From Candidatus Levybacteria bacterium RIFCSPHIGHO2_01_FULL_40_16 (GTDB taxonomy: Bacteria > Patescibacteriota > Microgenomatia > Levybacterales > UBA12049): a DNA stretch of 64,000 bases. Under the pieces are notes generated by a model. The model ran no database searches and had not been told where the DNA came from. It saw only the letters and a program-made list of their open reading frames with translations. Made by a program: the position numbers and the translations under genes. Below are positions 39,383 through 47,878 of this stretch, piece by piece. Position 1 is the stretch's first letter, and every line of letters begins with the position of its first letter. Location of the stretch: assembly GCA_001783805.1 (NCBI GenBank), contig MFNS01000001.1, positions 192,649 to 256,648 of the forward strand. The letters run 5' to 3'.

Positions 39383-39396
39383 ATATTTTTATTAGT

Positions 39397-39425
39397 TTGA
39401 CAATACCTTTCCCTATCTATATAAT
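39397..39425 (+). promoter_or_regulatory. sigma70 promoter
   Basis: TTGACA-17bp-TATAAT, 10 nt before ATG at 39436. Confidence 0.7.
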
Positions 39426-39435
39426 CTGCTAAATT

Positions 39436-39807
39436 ATGGGGATTCATGAAAAGTTTTTTCTGATTGAAGACGACCACAGGGATGCGCAAGATATTTTTAG
39501 CGAGATGGCAAGAGCGGGACATGAAGTTGTAGGATATGCTGACAATTTACAAGACGCTACTGAACTTGTTTCCAAAATAGAGGAGTCTGGGGCATCTGTT
39601 ATAGTTCTAGATGGCAATCTTAGTCCTCGTCGGTCAGATTGCGAAGAAGGAAAAGAAATTGCCAAATTAATAAAAAGTAAAAATCCAGATATGTCAATTA
39701 TCGCTCATTCAGGATCAAGCAAGGAAGCAGCATGTTATGGTGATATTTACATAAAAAAACCATCCTTTGGGGAGCTTGCAAAAGCAGTCACCGCAATTCC
39801 ACGATAA
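39436..39807 (+). CDS. orphan receiver-domain protein
   Basis: LIEDD, IVLDGNL, AHS and KKP motifs. Confidence 0.7.
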   Translation: MGIHEKFFLIEDDHRDAQDIFSEMARAGHEVVGYADNLQDATELVSKIEESGASVIVLDGNLSPRRSDCEEGKEIAKLIKSKNPDMSIIAHSGSSKEAACYGDIYIKKPSFGELAKAVTAIPR

Positions 39808-39851
39808 TTGCCCAGCCTTGCAAGAGCCTTGCAAGGTCTGACCTTGCGAGA

Positions 39852-41129
39852 CTAAATAGATTCAGCAGCCAATTTGGTGCGTTCGTATTTGTCTGCCATG
39901 TAGCCGTTGGGAACCGTGGTAAGTTTGTCTGAATATAATAAAAATCCATTGCGGATGGTATGATCGCCAAAACGCTCATTAATAAAATCTACTGTTTGTT
40001 GCAAAGAATTCTGCTTTGCAGAAGAATCAAATAAAGATAGGGGAGTATTGCTTGAGTCCTCTAAACCTGATGCCGTAATTCCAATTTGCCTGACATATTT
40101 AAAATTATTGACATTAACTAAATTGGTTAATAAATCAAACATTTCTTTACCTGTATCAAAATATTTCGTATAAGTTTTTCTTTGATGTAAATTTATGTTT
40201 CCGCCAAAATAATATCCGACAGTCCTGGCTTTTTTATTTAAGCGCCTTAATTTGATGCAAACTTCTTCGCACAATTCATAAATGTTTTGCAGAACAACTT
40301 TTTTATTATATTCGTTTTGGGGCAAACAATAATTCCGTCCCACCGATTTCACTTCCGGAGTCTTAGTGTAGGAACTTAGAACATCTGTGCTTAAGCCTAA
40401 GCCTACTTGATGTAAAAACTCTGCCTCTGCAGAGCCAAATTCCTGAATTAATAATGATAAATTCGCATCCCGTAATTGCAATAGATTGTAAATGCCGATC
40501 TTATTAAGTCTTAATTTTATTCTTTCTCCGATTCCGCAGACATCGGTTAATTTTGCTTTTGCATAAACTGCTCCTAAATTATCCTTGGTAATTTCGAACA
40601 CCCCGTCCGGTTTGTTAATGCTCGATGCCAATTTTGCCAAAAGTTTATTGTGCGAAATGCCAACCGAAACCGTAATATGTTCGCCGATTTTTTCTCTGAT
40701 TTCTTTTTTAAGAAGTTTTATCGTGCTATAAACTCCGCCGAATAAATGATTCGTCAAAGTAATATCCATAAAAACTTCGTCAATTGAGAAAAGTTCGACT
40801 TCCGGAGAAAAGCTTTGACAAATCTTCAAAAACTTCTTTGACACTTCCAGATATTTAACAAAATTAGCCGGAGCAAGATTCAGTGTGGGACAAATTTTCA
40901 GAGCTTCATAAGTTCGGGCTCCTGTTTTAATTCCTAATCTTTTCGCTTCGCGGCTGGAGGCAATAATACAAGTCCTGCCGTTGGTTGCGGTCACTCCGAG
41001 AGGCTTATTGCGCAAAAGGGGATTAAACTGCTGTTCGCAGCTGGCAAAAAAACTGTCAAAATCAATATGTAAAACCCGCCTGCCATCGGCTTTTGCCGAA
41101 GGTAAATGCGGGCAGGTTATTTTTTGCAT
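39852..41129 (-). CDS. dinB: DNA polymerase IV (Y family)
   Basis: LHIDFDSFFASCEQ, SIDE and NKLLAKLAS...KPDG motifs; 42-bp in-frame insert near N-terminus. Confidence 0.93.
   Translation of the reverse strand: MQKITCPHLPSAKADGRRVLHIDFDSFFASCEQQFNPLLRNKPLGVTATNGRTCIIASSREAKRLGIKTGARTYEALKICPTLNLAPANFVKYLEVSKKFLKICQSFSPEVELFSIDEVFMDITLTNHLFGGVYSTIKLLKKEIREKIGEHITVSVGISHNKLLAKLASSINKPDGVFEITKDNLGAVYAKAKLTDVCGIGERIKLRLNKIGIYNLLQLRDANLSLLIQEFGSAEAEFLHQVGLGLSTDVLSSYTKTPEVKSVGRNYCLPQNEYNKKVVLQNIYELCEEVCIKLRRLNKKARTVGYYFGGNINLHQRKTYTKYFDTGKEMFDLLTNLVNVNNFKYVRQIGITASGLEDSSNTPLSLFDSSAKQNSLQQTVDFINERFGDHTIRNGFLLYSDKLTTVPNGYMADKYERTKLAAESI
41075..41116 (-). mobile_element. empty CCTGCCCG...CAGGCGGG mini-element, in frame in dinB
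   Basis: CCTGCCCGCATTTACCTTCGGCAAAAGCCGATGGCAGGCGGG (42 bp); removal gives MQKIILHIDFD. Confidence 0.85.
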
Positions 41130-41284
41130 ATCTTAATCGTATGGGAAAAATACCCGAAAAACAATAGAACAAAACTAGAACAAAAATAGACTTTTGATAT
41201 CAACTTTTATGGTTAGAAGCCATAGGCAGAGGTAGGCCTTAAGAATTAAAAGCGTGAAGATAAATTACAATAAATAAATTAAAA

Positions 41285-41791
41285 TTATCGCCGGGGAAGA
41301 CTTGTTTTAATCTTTCTGTAGGTTTCTTCGTAAATATTTGGCTTACCGGCTAAATAATACCTCTCAACTAAATCTTCTATCGAATCTATATGGAATTTAA
41401 AACCAAACATGGGAACTCTTTCTGATGCATCTACATAGTACCCGAATTTCCTTTCGTCTCCTCTTTCGCGTTCTAATTTTATTTTTCCGCTAACCATGGA
41501 TTTTTTAATATCTATTGCCGGTCCTAATATAATTCCCACGTTCATAGTCAATACTATTCTGGTTAAGTATTCTGCCACCTCGTGACGCCTGAACCTATTA
41601 TTTAAGCTGTTTCCAGTTAAATTATTGAACCAAACAAAGGGTTTTTCTTTGCCGTCAATCGGGGATTTTGTGATAACCCCAATTGGTTTATTTCCTGATT
41701 CAAAAGGACTCGGAATGTCTAAGAATTGAGGTGTGGGCATTTGCCTATTTATGTCTGGCGATTTATTTAGCTCTTTACTCATGACGACCAT
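41285..41791 (-). CDS. hypothetical protein
   Basis: 168-aa ORF; no motif recognised. Confidence 0.55.
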   Translation of the reverse strand: MVVMSKELNKSPDINRQMPTPQFLDIPSPFESGNKPIGVITKSPIDGKEKPFVWFNNLTGNSLNNRFRRHEVAEYLTRIVLTMNVGIILGPAIDIKKSMVSGKIKLERERGDERKFGYYVDASERVPMFGFKFHIDSIEDLVERYYLAGKPNIYEETYRKIKTSLPRR

Positions 41792-41830
41792 ATACTACAT
41801 AAATAACAAACTAATGTCAAATAAAACCAT

Positions 41831-41958
41831 TAATTATAATCCGTATGCAGACAGGGGAGCATTGCCGATGCCGATTGTACTTCCACCTCTAAGGCGGAAA
41901 GTCGCAAGCTAGAATTATAATTATAATCCGTAGGCGGAGAGGGGAGCGTTGCCGATGC
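41831..41958 (+). repeat. 41-bp direct repeat pair
   Basis: 41831-41871 and 41918-41958, 4 mismatches. Confidence 0.85.
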
Positions 41959-42039
41959 AGGCATTGAGTTAATTGTGGTATAATTATAAATGAGAATTTA
42001 AGGTCTGGCTGCTTACACTTCCGGAACTTTTTCATCCCT

Positions 42040-43941
42040 ATGAACAATTTAACATCGGATAAAATTAGAAATATCGCGGTTATTGCGCACGTTGACCACG
42101 GAAAAACTACGCTTGTAGATTTCATGCTCAAGCAGTCCCATACCTTCCGCGAAAATGAAGCGGAAATGACTCAAACTACTATTCTTGATTCAAATCCCCT
42201 GGAAAGAGAGCGGGGCATTACTATTTTGGCCAAAAATACCGCAATAAATTACAAACCTGCCCGCAATGCTTCGCCCGCCGGCATGCCTTCGGCAAAGCCG
42301 ATGGCGGCCAGGCAACACGATGCAGGCGGGGACTACAAAATTAATATTATAGATACTCCGGGGCACGCGGATTTTTCAGGGGAGGTTGAAAGGACTCTCA
42401 ATATGGCAGACGGAGCGCTTTTGATTATTGATGCGTTGGAAGGACCGATGCCGCAAACTAAATTTGTGCTTAAAAAAGCCCTTGGAATAGGTTTAAAAGT
42501 GATTGTTATCATCAATAAAATTGATAAAAAACTCGCAGATATTGCAGATTCTTTTGAAAAAACCAATGATTTATTTCTGGAATTGGCAACCGATTCGGAA
42601 CAATTGAACTTTCCCGTTCTCTATGCCGTAGGCCGCGAAGGAAAAGCAGCGGTAAAACTGGAAGATGTACAGGGAAGCAAAGATTTAGACCCAATTATGC
42701 AAACAATTATCAATTATATTCCGGCTCCAAAAGTTGACGCCGGCCCGTTTAGAATGCTGGCGACTGCTTTAGATTACGATACCCACAAAGGCAAACACGT
42801 CATCGGCAGAATCAGAAGCGGTACTCTGGAAAAAGGACAAACAGTGGTTTTAATTAATGCTAAAAATGAAAAAATTCCTGCCAAAATAGAAAATATTTAT
42901 ATAAACCGCGGTCTTAAAAAAGACGAGGTTGAAAAAGTGAGGGCCGGGGAAATAGTTGACATTACCGGAGTTGACAATGTGACTATCGGAGATACGATCG
43001 CAGATTCCAGCAATCCGGTTGCGCTTCCGCGAATTTCAATTGAAGATCCTACAATCAAAATTGCTATTTTTGCCAACACCAGCCCTTTTGCAGGCAAAGA
43101 GGGGAAATATTCAAATTCCCGCCAAGTCTATGAAAGGTTAGTTAAGGAATTGGAAACGAATATCAGTATGAAGTTAGAGGTTATGGAAGATAAATTTGTA
43201 GTTTCCGGAAGAGGGGAATTGCATTTGTCGGTTTTAATTGAAACCATGAGGCGCGAGGGTTATGAGTTCCAAGTTGAAAAACCGGAAGTAATTACAAAAA
43301 TTATCAACGGCGTAGAGATGGAGCCGGTTGAAGATTTAATTATTGATGTTCCGGACGAATTTCAAGGAATAATTTCAAGAGAGTTAGGAGAAAGAAGGGG
43401 ACAAATGACCAATATGGATGCTGACGGAAAAGGTAACACGCGTTTTGAATACAAAATTCCTTCCAAAAATCTTCTGGGACTGCGGAATACTTTATTAACC
43501 AACACTAAGGGTACAGCGGTAATCAATACTATGTTTGATAAATACGAGCCGTTGACGCCTGTACTTCCTAAAATCAGAAACGGTGTCTTGATTGCATCGG
43601 AACCGGGAACTGCCTTAACTTTTGGCCTGCAAAACGCGCAAGGAAGAGGCATAACTTTTATTGACCCCGGAACATCGGTTTATGAGGGAATGATTGTCGG
43701 TCTAAATACGAGAAGCGATGATATTGAAATAAATGTTGCTAAAGGAAAACACTTAACCAATATGCGGTCCGCAAATGCGGACATTGCAATTGCTTTAACT
43801 CCGCCCCTCAAAATGAGTTTAGAACAATATTTGGATTTTTTGGAAGACGACGAGCTTTTGGAGGTAACACCGAAAAGTTTAAGGCTGCGTAAAAAACTTT
43901 TGACCCGTCTTGACCGTGTTAGGGCTGCAAGAGTACAATAA
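42040..43941 (+). CDS. typA: translational GTPase TypA/BipA
   Basis: IAHVDHGKTT, ERGITI, DTPGHADF, GRGELHL and EVTPKSLRLRK motifs; 25-aa insert. Confidence 0.97.
   Translation: MNNLTSDKIRNIAVIAHVDHGKTTLVDFMLKQSHTFRENEAEMTQTTILDSNPLERERGITILAKNTAINYKPARNASPAGMPSAKPMAARQHDAGGDYKINIIDTPGHADFSGEVERTLNMADGALLIIDALEGPMPQTKFVLKKALGIGLKVIVIINKIDKKLADIADSFEKTNDLFLELATDSEQLNFPVLYAVGREGKAAVKLEDVQGSKDLDPIMQTIINYIPAPKVDAGPFRMLATALDYDTHKGKHVIGRIRSGTLEKGQTVVLINAKNEKIPAKIENIYINRGLKKDEVEKVRAGEIVDITGVDNVTIGDTIADSSNPVALPRISIEDPTIKIAIFANTSPFAGKEGKYSNSRQVYERLVKELETNISMKLEVMEDKFVVSGRGELHLSVLIETMRREGYEFQVEKPEVITKIINGVEMEPVEDLIIDVPDEFQGIISRELGERRGQMTNMDADGKGNTRFEYKIPSKNLLGLRNTLLTNTKGTAVINTMFDKYEPLTPVLPKIRNGVLIASEPGTALTFGLQNAQGRGITFIDPGTSVYEGMIVGLNTRSDDIEINVAKGKHLTNMRSANADIAIALTPPLKMSLEQYLDFLEDDELLEVTPKSLRLRKKLLTRLDRVRAARVQ
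42256..42330 (+). mobile_element. nested pair of mini-elements, in frame in typA
   Basis: Outer CCTGCCCG...CAGGCGGG (36 bp net) contains an inverted CCCGCC...GGCCAGG copy (42274-42312, 39 bp). Confidence 0.85.
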
Positions 43942-43949
43942 TTTCAATC

Positions 43950-44765
43950 ATGAAAAATGTCAATCAAATGTTAATTTTTGATGTCGACGGAGTAATAACG
44001 GATATCGAAAAAGAAATAGTAACCGAACCACTCATCCTAGATTACATAATAAAAATTTTAGAAAAAGGAGAGCCGGTTGCGCTTAATACAGGCAGGGGAA
44101 TTGACTGGACACAAGACGCCGTACTAATTCCACTCAAAGATAAAATAATTAACAGAAATATCCTGGAATATTTATTTGTGGTTGCGGAAAGCGGGGGAGT
44201 TACTGCAACATTTGATCAGAATGGCTTTCTAAATATTAAAGTTGATGAAAATCTCAAAATGCCAACCGATTTAGATCAAAAAGTCCGAGAATTAGTTAAA
44301 GAAAAGTATTCTCAAAGTATGCGTTATGAAAATAAAAAAACTATGATTACAACAAAAATTAAAGAAGGAACGCCAGTAGATACATATCATAAAGATCAAC
44401 TAAAAATCGTTGAAGACTTACAAAAGCTCATTGACAATTTTGGCGCAAACGACAGAATGAAAACGGATGCCAGTACTATCGGTACAAATATCATGTACAA
44501 AACCACCGGAAAAGATAAAGGAATGGAATTGATTTTAAACTGGATTTTGCAAAAAGGAATAAAACCGCAAAAATTTATAACATTCGGCGATAGCTTACCC
44601 GACATAGAAATGGCAGAGAAACTTGGCGAAGAAGGGCGCAATGTGGAGTTTGTATACGTTGGTAAAAATCATCTTAAAAAAAAATATCCTTTTCCTATAA
44701 TAATCCCAAAAGAAAAATACGGAAAGGGGACATTAGAGTTCTTAAAATCCCAATATCCTCAATAG
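43950..44765 (+). CDS. HAD-superfamily hydrolase
   Basis: FDVDGV, NTGR, DKG and FGDSLPD motifs. Confidence 0.85.
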   Translation: MKNVNQMLIFDVDGVITDIEKEIVTEPLILDYIIKILEKGEPVALNTGRGIDWTQDAVLIPLKDKIINRNILEYLFVVAESGGVTATFDQNGFLNIKVDENLKMPTDLDQKVRELVKEKYSQSMRYENKKTMITTKIKEGTPVDTYHKDQLKIVEDLQKLIDNFGANDRMKTDASTIGTNIMYKTTGKDKGMELILNWILQKGIKPQKFITFGDSLPDIEMAEKLGEEGRNVEFVYVGKNHLKKKYPFPIIIPKEKYGKGTLEFLKSQYPQ

Positions 44766-44792
44766 CATTGACAGGCATGATTTGTTTGTGCG

Positions 44793-45491
44793 ATGATTTT
44801 ACTAATGGATAATCTGCCCGATTTACAGCAGCTAACAAGTTATCAGCAAAATCCGCCTTCAAGCTTTAAACTTTTTCTGTCAAAAAATAAATTCACAATT
44901 ATATTTATTTCGATATTAGGCATTGTTTCTCTTGGTATGACAGGGTATTTATTGGCGTCAAACAGCAAGCCGCCTCTTCCTGATCAAGTTTCTCAAGAGA
45001 GCATTGCTCAAAATTTTACCATCGCTCCTGCTCCGGAAAATGAAATTCCTACCCAGCCGCCGCTAACGCCCGCACCAACAATTGCACCAATAAATCCTAC
45101 AGCATCCTGGAGTGCTTTTGTCAGCTCGGCATATTCATATTCGATTAAATATCCGCCTAACTGGACAGCGCAAACAATCGCTCAAACAGATCCGAAGATC
45201 TTAGAATACGTTGTGTTTAATCCGGTGGCAACCAAGTCGGGAACTTTATCAATCACTCTTTCCTATGGCACGCGGACTTATCAGCAGGCTCTGGCTTTGG
45301 ATCCGCAGACCGGAGAAATTATTACTGTGGCATCAGCCAGTGCTACGAAAAAAAATAGTAAGGACTCCAACGAATTTAAGGCCGTAAACGTCATTGTGCC
45401 TTTCGGATCAAATACGATTATTTTCAACGCTAAGGAAGTGCATTTAAATCTCTTCAACCAAATGCTAACTACCCTCAAGCTTACGAGATGA
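44793..45491 (+). CDS. membrane-anchored PsbP-like protein
   Basis: TM helix, Pro-rich linker, YSIKYPPNW and FNQMLTTLK. Confidence 0.65.
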   Translation: MILLMDNLPDLQQLTSYQQNPPSSFKLFLSKNKFTIIFISILGIVSLGMTGYLLASNSKPPLPDQVSQESIAQNFTIAPAPENEIPTQPPLTPAPTIAPINPTASWSAFVSSAYSYSIKYPPNWTAQTIAQTDPKILEYVVFNPVATKSGTLSITLSYGTRTYQQALALDPQTGEIITVASASATKKNSKDSNEFKAVNVIVPFGSNTIIFNAKEVHLNLFNQMLTTLKLTR

Positions 45492-45510
45492 ATCATTGCC
45501 CAAAAGTTCT

Positions 45511-45587
45511 TGGGGTGGGCAACGGGACTCGAACCCGCAACCGTCAGGTCCACAACCTGATGCTCTAGCCATTGAGCTACGCCCACC
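45511..45587 (-). tRNA. tRNA-His(GTG)
   Basis: G-1 GTGGGCG...TCAGG-TTGTGGA-CCTGA...CCA. Confidence 0.95.
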
Positions 45588-45605
45588 ATTCTGCAGAGCA
45601 GAATT

Positions 45606-45869
45606 CTATTCTAGCTTATCATAGTTTTCGAAAATGATTTTTCTCAATCTATGTCCAAAACCAGACTTTAAAAATTGTTTTCTTTTATCTGCGCACAATC
45701 TGCAATAAAAGTTTTCGAAATAAACTAAACGCCATGGCCGATTTGTCTTCGTATATCTAGAAAGTCCATCATTATGTTCCTTCAATCTAGATTCAATATC
45801 TTTTATTGTTAATCCTATATATGTCTTGCTTTTGTTGTGTAAACTTTTCAAAAAGTAAACTTTATACAT
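45606..45869 (-). CDS. small GIY-YIG nuclease between tRNA-Arg and tRNA-His
   Basis: VYFLKS...TYIGLT...RLKEHN...YTKTNRPW; KRKQ where paralogs have KRE. Confidence 0.88.
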   Translation of the reverse strand: MYKVYFLKSLHNKSKTYIGLTIKDIESRLKEHNDGLSRYTKTNRPWRLVYFENFYCRLCADKRKQFLKSGFGHRLRKIIFENYDKLE

Positions 45870-45915
45870 TAGGTCAAGTTAAAATCAAGACATAAAGAAA
45901 TCTGCTTTGCAGATG

Positions 45916-45988
45916 TGCCCCCGGAGGGAATCGAACCCCCAACCTTGTCGTTAGAACCGACCTGCTCTATCCGTTGAGCTACGAGGGC
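45916..45988 (-). tRNA. tRNA-Arg(TCT)
   Basis: GCCCTCG...GTCG-GTTCTAA-CGAC...GGTTCGATTCC...CGGGGGCA. Confidence 0.88.
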
Positions 45989-46063
45989 AGTATGTGTATT
46001 TTACAGTATTTCTTCTCTCTTTGACAATACTATCATCCTTACGTATACTACAAATGTTGGTTT

Positions 46064-47056
46064 ATGAACAATCCGATTGTTAAATATTTGATTAACAACC
46101 ATTTTCTGACGGCGCTTATCGTTATAGCGCTTTTTTGGCTGGCAATTGACCTAAGTAACATCTTAATTATTATCTTTATTTCCTACATAATCATGGCTGC
46201 CTTATCTCCTTTTTCGGATTATTTAACTCAAAAACGCATTCCCAGAATCTTAGCCGCATTGATTCCTTACACAATAGCTATTGCGATATTGGTACTTTTG
46301 ATCCTTCCATTAGTGCCCCTCTTTATCTCTCAGATAGAGCTTCTTTTTAGTAATTTTCCAAAATACATTAATCAAATAGCAAATGCCCTTAATCTCAATA
46401 TTGATGCAGCCAGCGTTAAAAATGTTTTCGAATCAGATGCCAATACTCTAAGCAAAAATGTTTTGAACGTCACGGGTAAATTTTTAAGCGGTTTTTTCTC
46501 TACATTTACAGTCCTGGTCATAAGTTTTTATCTGATGCTTCAAAGAGAGATGCTTAAGAAACAATTTGTAGGCCTTTGGCCTAAAAAGAGTCAGGATCAG
46601 GTTCAAGAAACGATTGCCAGAGTTGAAGATAAGATTGGCCGGTGGCTGCGTGGACAGCTGGTTCTTTCCTTTACAATTGGTTTTTTCACCTGGGGAGGTC
46701 TAACGCTCTTCGGCTTACCCTTCGCTCTTCCTTTAAGTTTGCTGGCGGGAATACTGGAAATTGTACCGACAATCGGACCGATTATTGCCGCTATTCCGGC
46801 TGTTATTGTCGCTTTAACTATTTCTCCCGGACTTGCAATATCGGTTATATTTTTCTATATTTTAGTACAAATGCTTGAGAATCATATTCTCGTTCCGAAA
46901 ATAATGCAAAAAGCGGTCGGATTAAATCCCATTGTCATCATCATTGGAGTTTTAATAGGCAGTCATTTCATGGGAATTCTGGGAGCTCTGCTCTCTGTAC
47001 CGTTTATAGCAATGACCTTAATTATCGTTAAAAGCTTCAGGTCTTCCAATCAATAG
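46064..47056 (+). CDS. AI-2E family transporter
   Basis: WLRGQL, IVPTIGP, QMLENHILVPKIM and GLNP motifs. Confidence 0.9.
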   Translation: MNNPIVKYLINNHFLTALIVIALFWLAIDLSNILIIIFISYIIMAALSPFSDYLTQKRIPRILAALIPYTIAIAILVLLILPLVPLFISQIELLFSNFPKYINQIANALNLNIDAASVKNVFESDANTLSKNVLNVTGKFLSGFFSTFTVLVISFYLMLQREMLKKQFVGLWPKKSQDQVQETIARVEDKIGRWLRGQLVLSFTIGFFTWGGLTLFGLPFALPLSLLAGILEIVPTIGPIIAAIPAVIVALTISPGLAISVIFFYILVQMLENHILVPKIMQKAVGLNPIVIIIGVLIGSHFMGILGALLSVPFIAMTLIIVKSFRSSNQ

Positions 47057-47114
47057 CCCTTAGTTCCTCTTCCACCCTCAAGCTTGATATGCTAAAATAC
47101 TATTTAGTATCCAG

Positions 47115-47197
47115 GCTGCGGTGGTGGAATGGTATACACGGAGGCCTTAAGAGCCTCTATCCGTAAGGGTGTGTGGGTTCGACTCCCTCCCGCAGCA
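47115..47197 (+). tRNA. tRNA-Leu(TAA)
   Basis: GAGGC-CTTAAGA-GCCTC anticodon arm; long variable arm. Confidence 0.92.
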
Positions 47198-47226
47198 CTT
47201 CTGCAGAGCAGAATCTAAAGGCGTAA

Positions 47227-47502
47227 ATGTATAAAGTTTATTTATTGCATAGCCTAAAAGACACAGGGATGTCTTACGTTGGATTAACAATTAAGGAAAT
47301 AGACAAGAGAGTTGAAGAACATAATAAAGGACTATCACAATATACAAAAACATTTAAGCCGTGGAGATTAGTTTATTACGAACTTTTCTATTGCAGAACA
47401 TGTGCCGAAAAAAGAGAACAATTCTTGAAAAGTGGAGTAGGATATCAATTAAGAAAACATCTGCTTACATTTAAGAATTCTTCTTTGAAGAACGGGGGTT
47501 AG
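47227..47502 (+). CDS. small GIY-YIG nuclease; stop overlaps outer tRNA-Pro
   Basis: VYLLHS...SYVGLT...RVEEHN...AEKREQFLKSG. Confidence 0.9.
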   Translation: MYKVYLLHSLKDTGMSYVGLTIKEIDKRVEEHNKGLSQYTKTFKPWRLVYYELFYCRTCAEKREQFLKSGVGYQLRKHLLTFKNSSLKNGG

Positions 47503-47516
47503 CTCAGTTGGCTAGA

Positions 47517-47559
47517 CCTGCCCGCAATTGCCTGGAGCCGATAGCGACTGGCAGGCGGG
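47517..47559 (+). mobile_element. empty 43-bp mini-element in D-arm of outer tRNA-Pro
   Basis: CCTGCCCG...GGCAGGCGGG. Confidence 0.85.
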
Positions 47560-47572
47560 GCGCGCGGTTTGG

Positions 47573-47681
47573 CCCGCCTGACTTGAAATGACGGGGTGTA
47601 GTTCATCGGTAGAACGCTCGGTTTGGGACCGAGAAGCAACAGGTCCAATTCCTGTCACCCCGACAAGTCATTTCGGGCAGG
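47573..47681 (-). mobile_element. 109-bp tRNA-Pro-carrying mini-element in anticodon loop
   Basis: CCCGCCTGACTTG...[tRNA]...CAAGTCATTTCGGGCAGG. Confidence 0.85.
47592..47663 (+). tRNA. inner tRNA-Pro(TGG)
   Basis: CGGGGTG...CTCGG-TTTGGGA-CCGAG...ACAGG-TCCAATT-CCTGT...CACCCCGA. Confidence 0.88.
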
Positions 47682-47777
47682 GACCGTGAGGTCGGAGGTT
47701 CAAATCCTCTACCCCCGACCAAGTTGAGTTTTTATGTGCTAAAATTGAAGTAGTTTACTTCGGATAATTAAAGCGGG

Positions 47778-47812
47778 CCTGCCCGCCGAAGTTCCGAAGG
47801 AACGTAGGCGGG
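47778..47812 (+). mobile_element. empty 35-bp mini-element whose end regenerates the tRNA-Gly 5' end
   Basis: GCGGG|CCTGCCCGCCGAAGTTCCGAAGGAACGTAGGCGGG|TGTAG. Confidence 0.8.
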
Positions 47813-47878
47813 TGTAGTTTAATGGCAGAACACGACTTTTCCAAAGTCGATACGAGGGTTCGATTCCCTTCACCCGCT
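47808..47878 (+). tRNA. tRNA-Gly(TCC)
   Basis: CGACT-TTTCCAA-AGTCG anticodon arm; GCGGGTG/CACCCGC acceptor. Confidence 0.93.

Larger units (their letters stand above)
47493..47721 (+). pseudogene. outer tRNA-Pro(TGG) split into three pieces by two inserts (pseudogene or spliced tRNA)
   Basis: 47493-47516 + 47560-47572 + 47682-47721 join to CGGGGGTTAGCTCAGTTGGCTAGAGCGCGCGGTTTGGGACCGTGAGGTCGGAGGTTCAAATCCTCTACCCCCGACCA. Confidence 0.9.

Noticed and set aside
41831-41958. Minimal CRISPR (repeat-spacer-repeat)
   Set aside because: Only two imperfect copies and no cas genes; kept as an unexplained repeat.
47493-47721. Group I intron explanation for the split tRNAs
   Set aside because: Inserts of 35-109 bp are too short, show no recognisable P7/catalytic core, and occur in both orientations.
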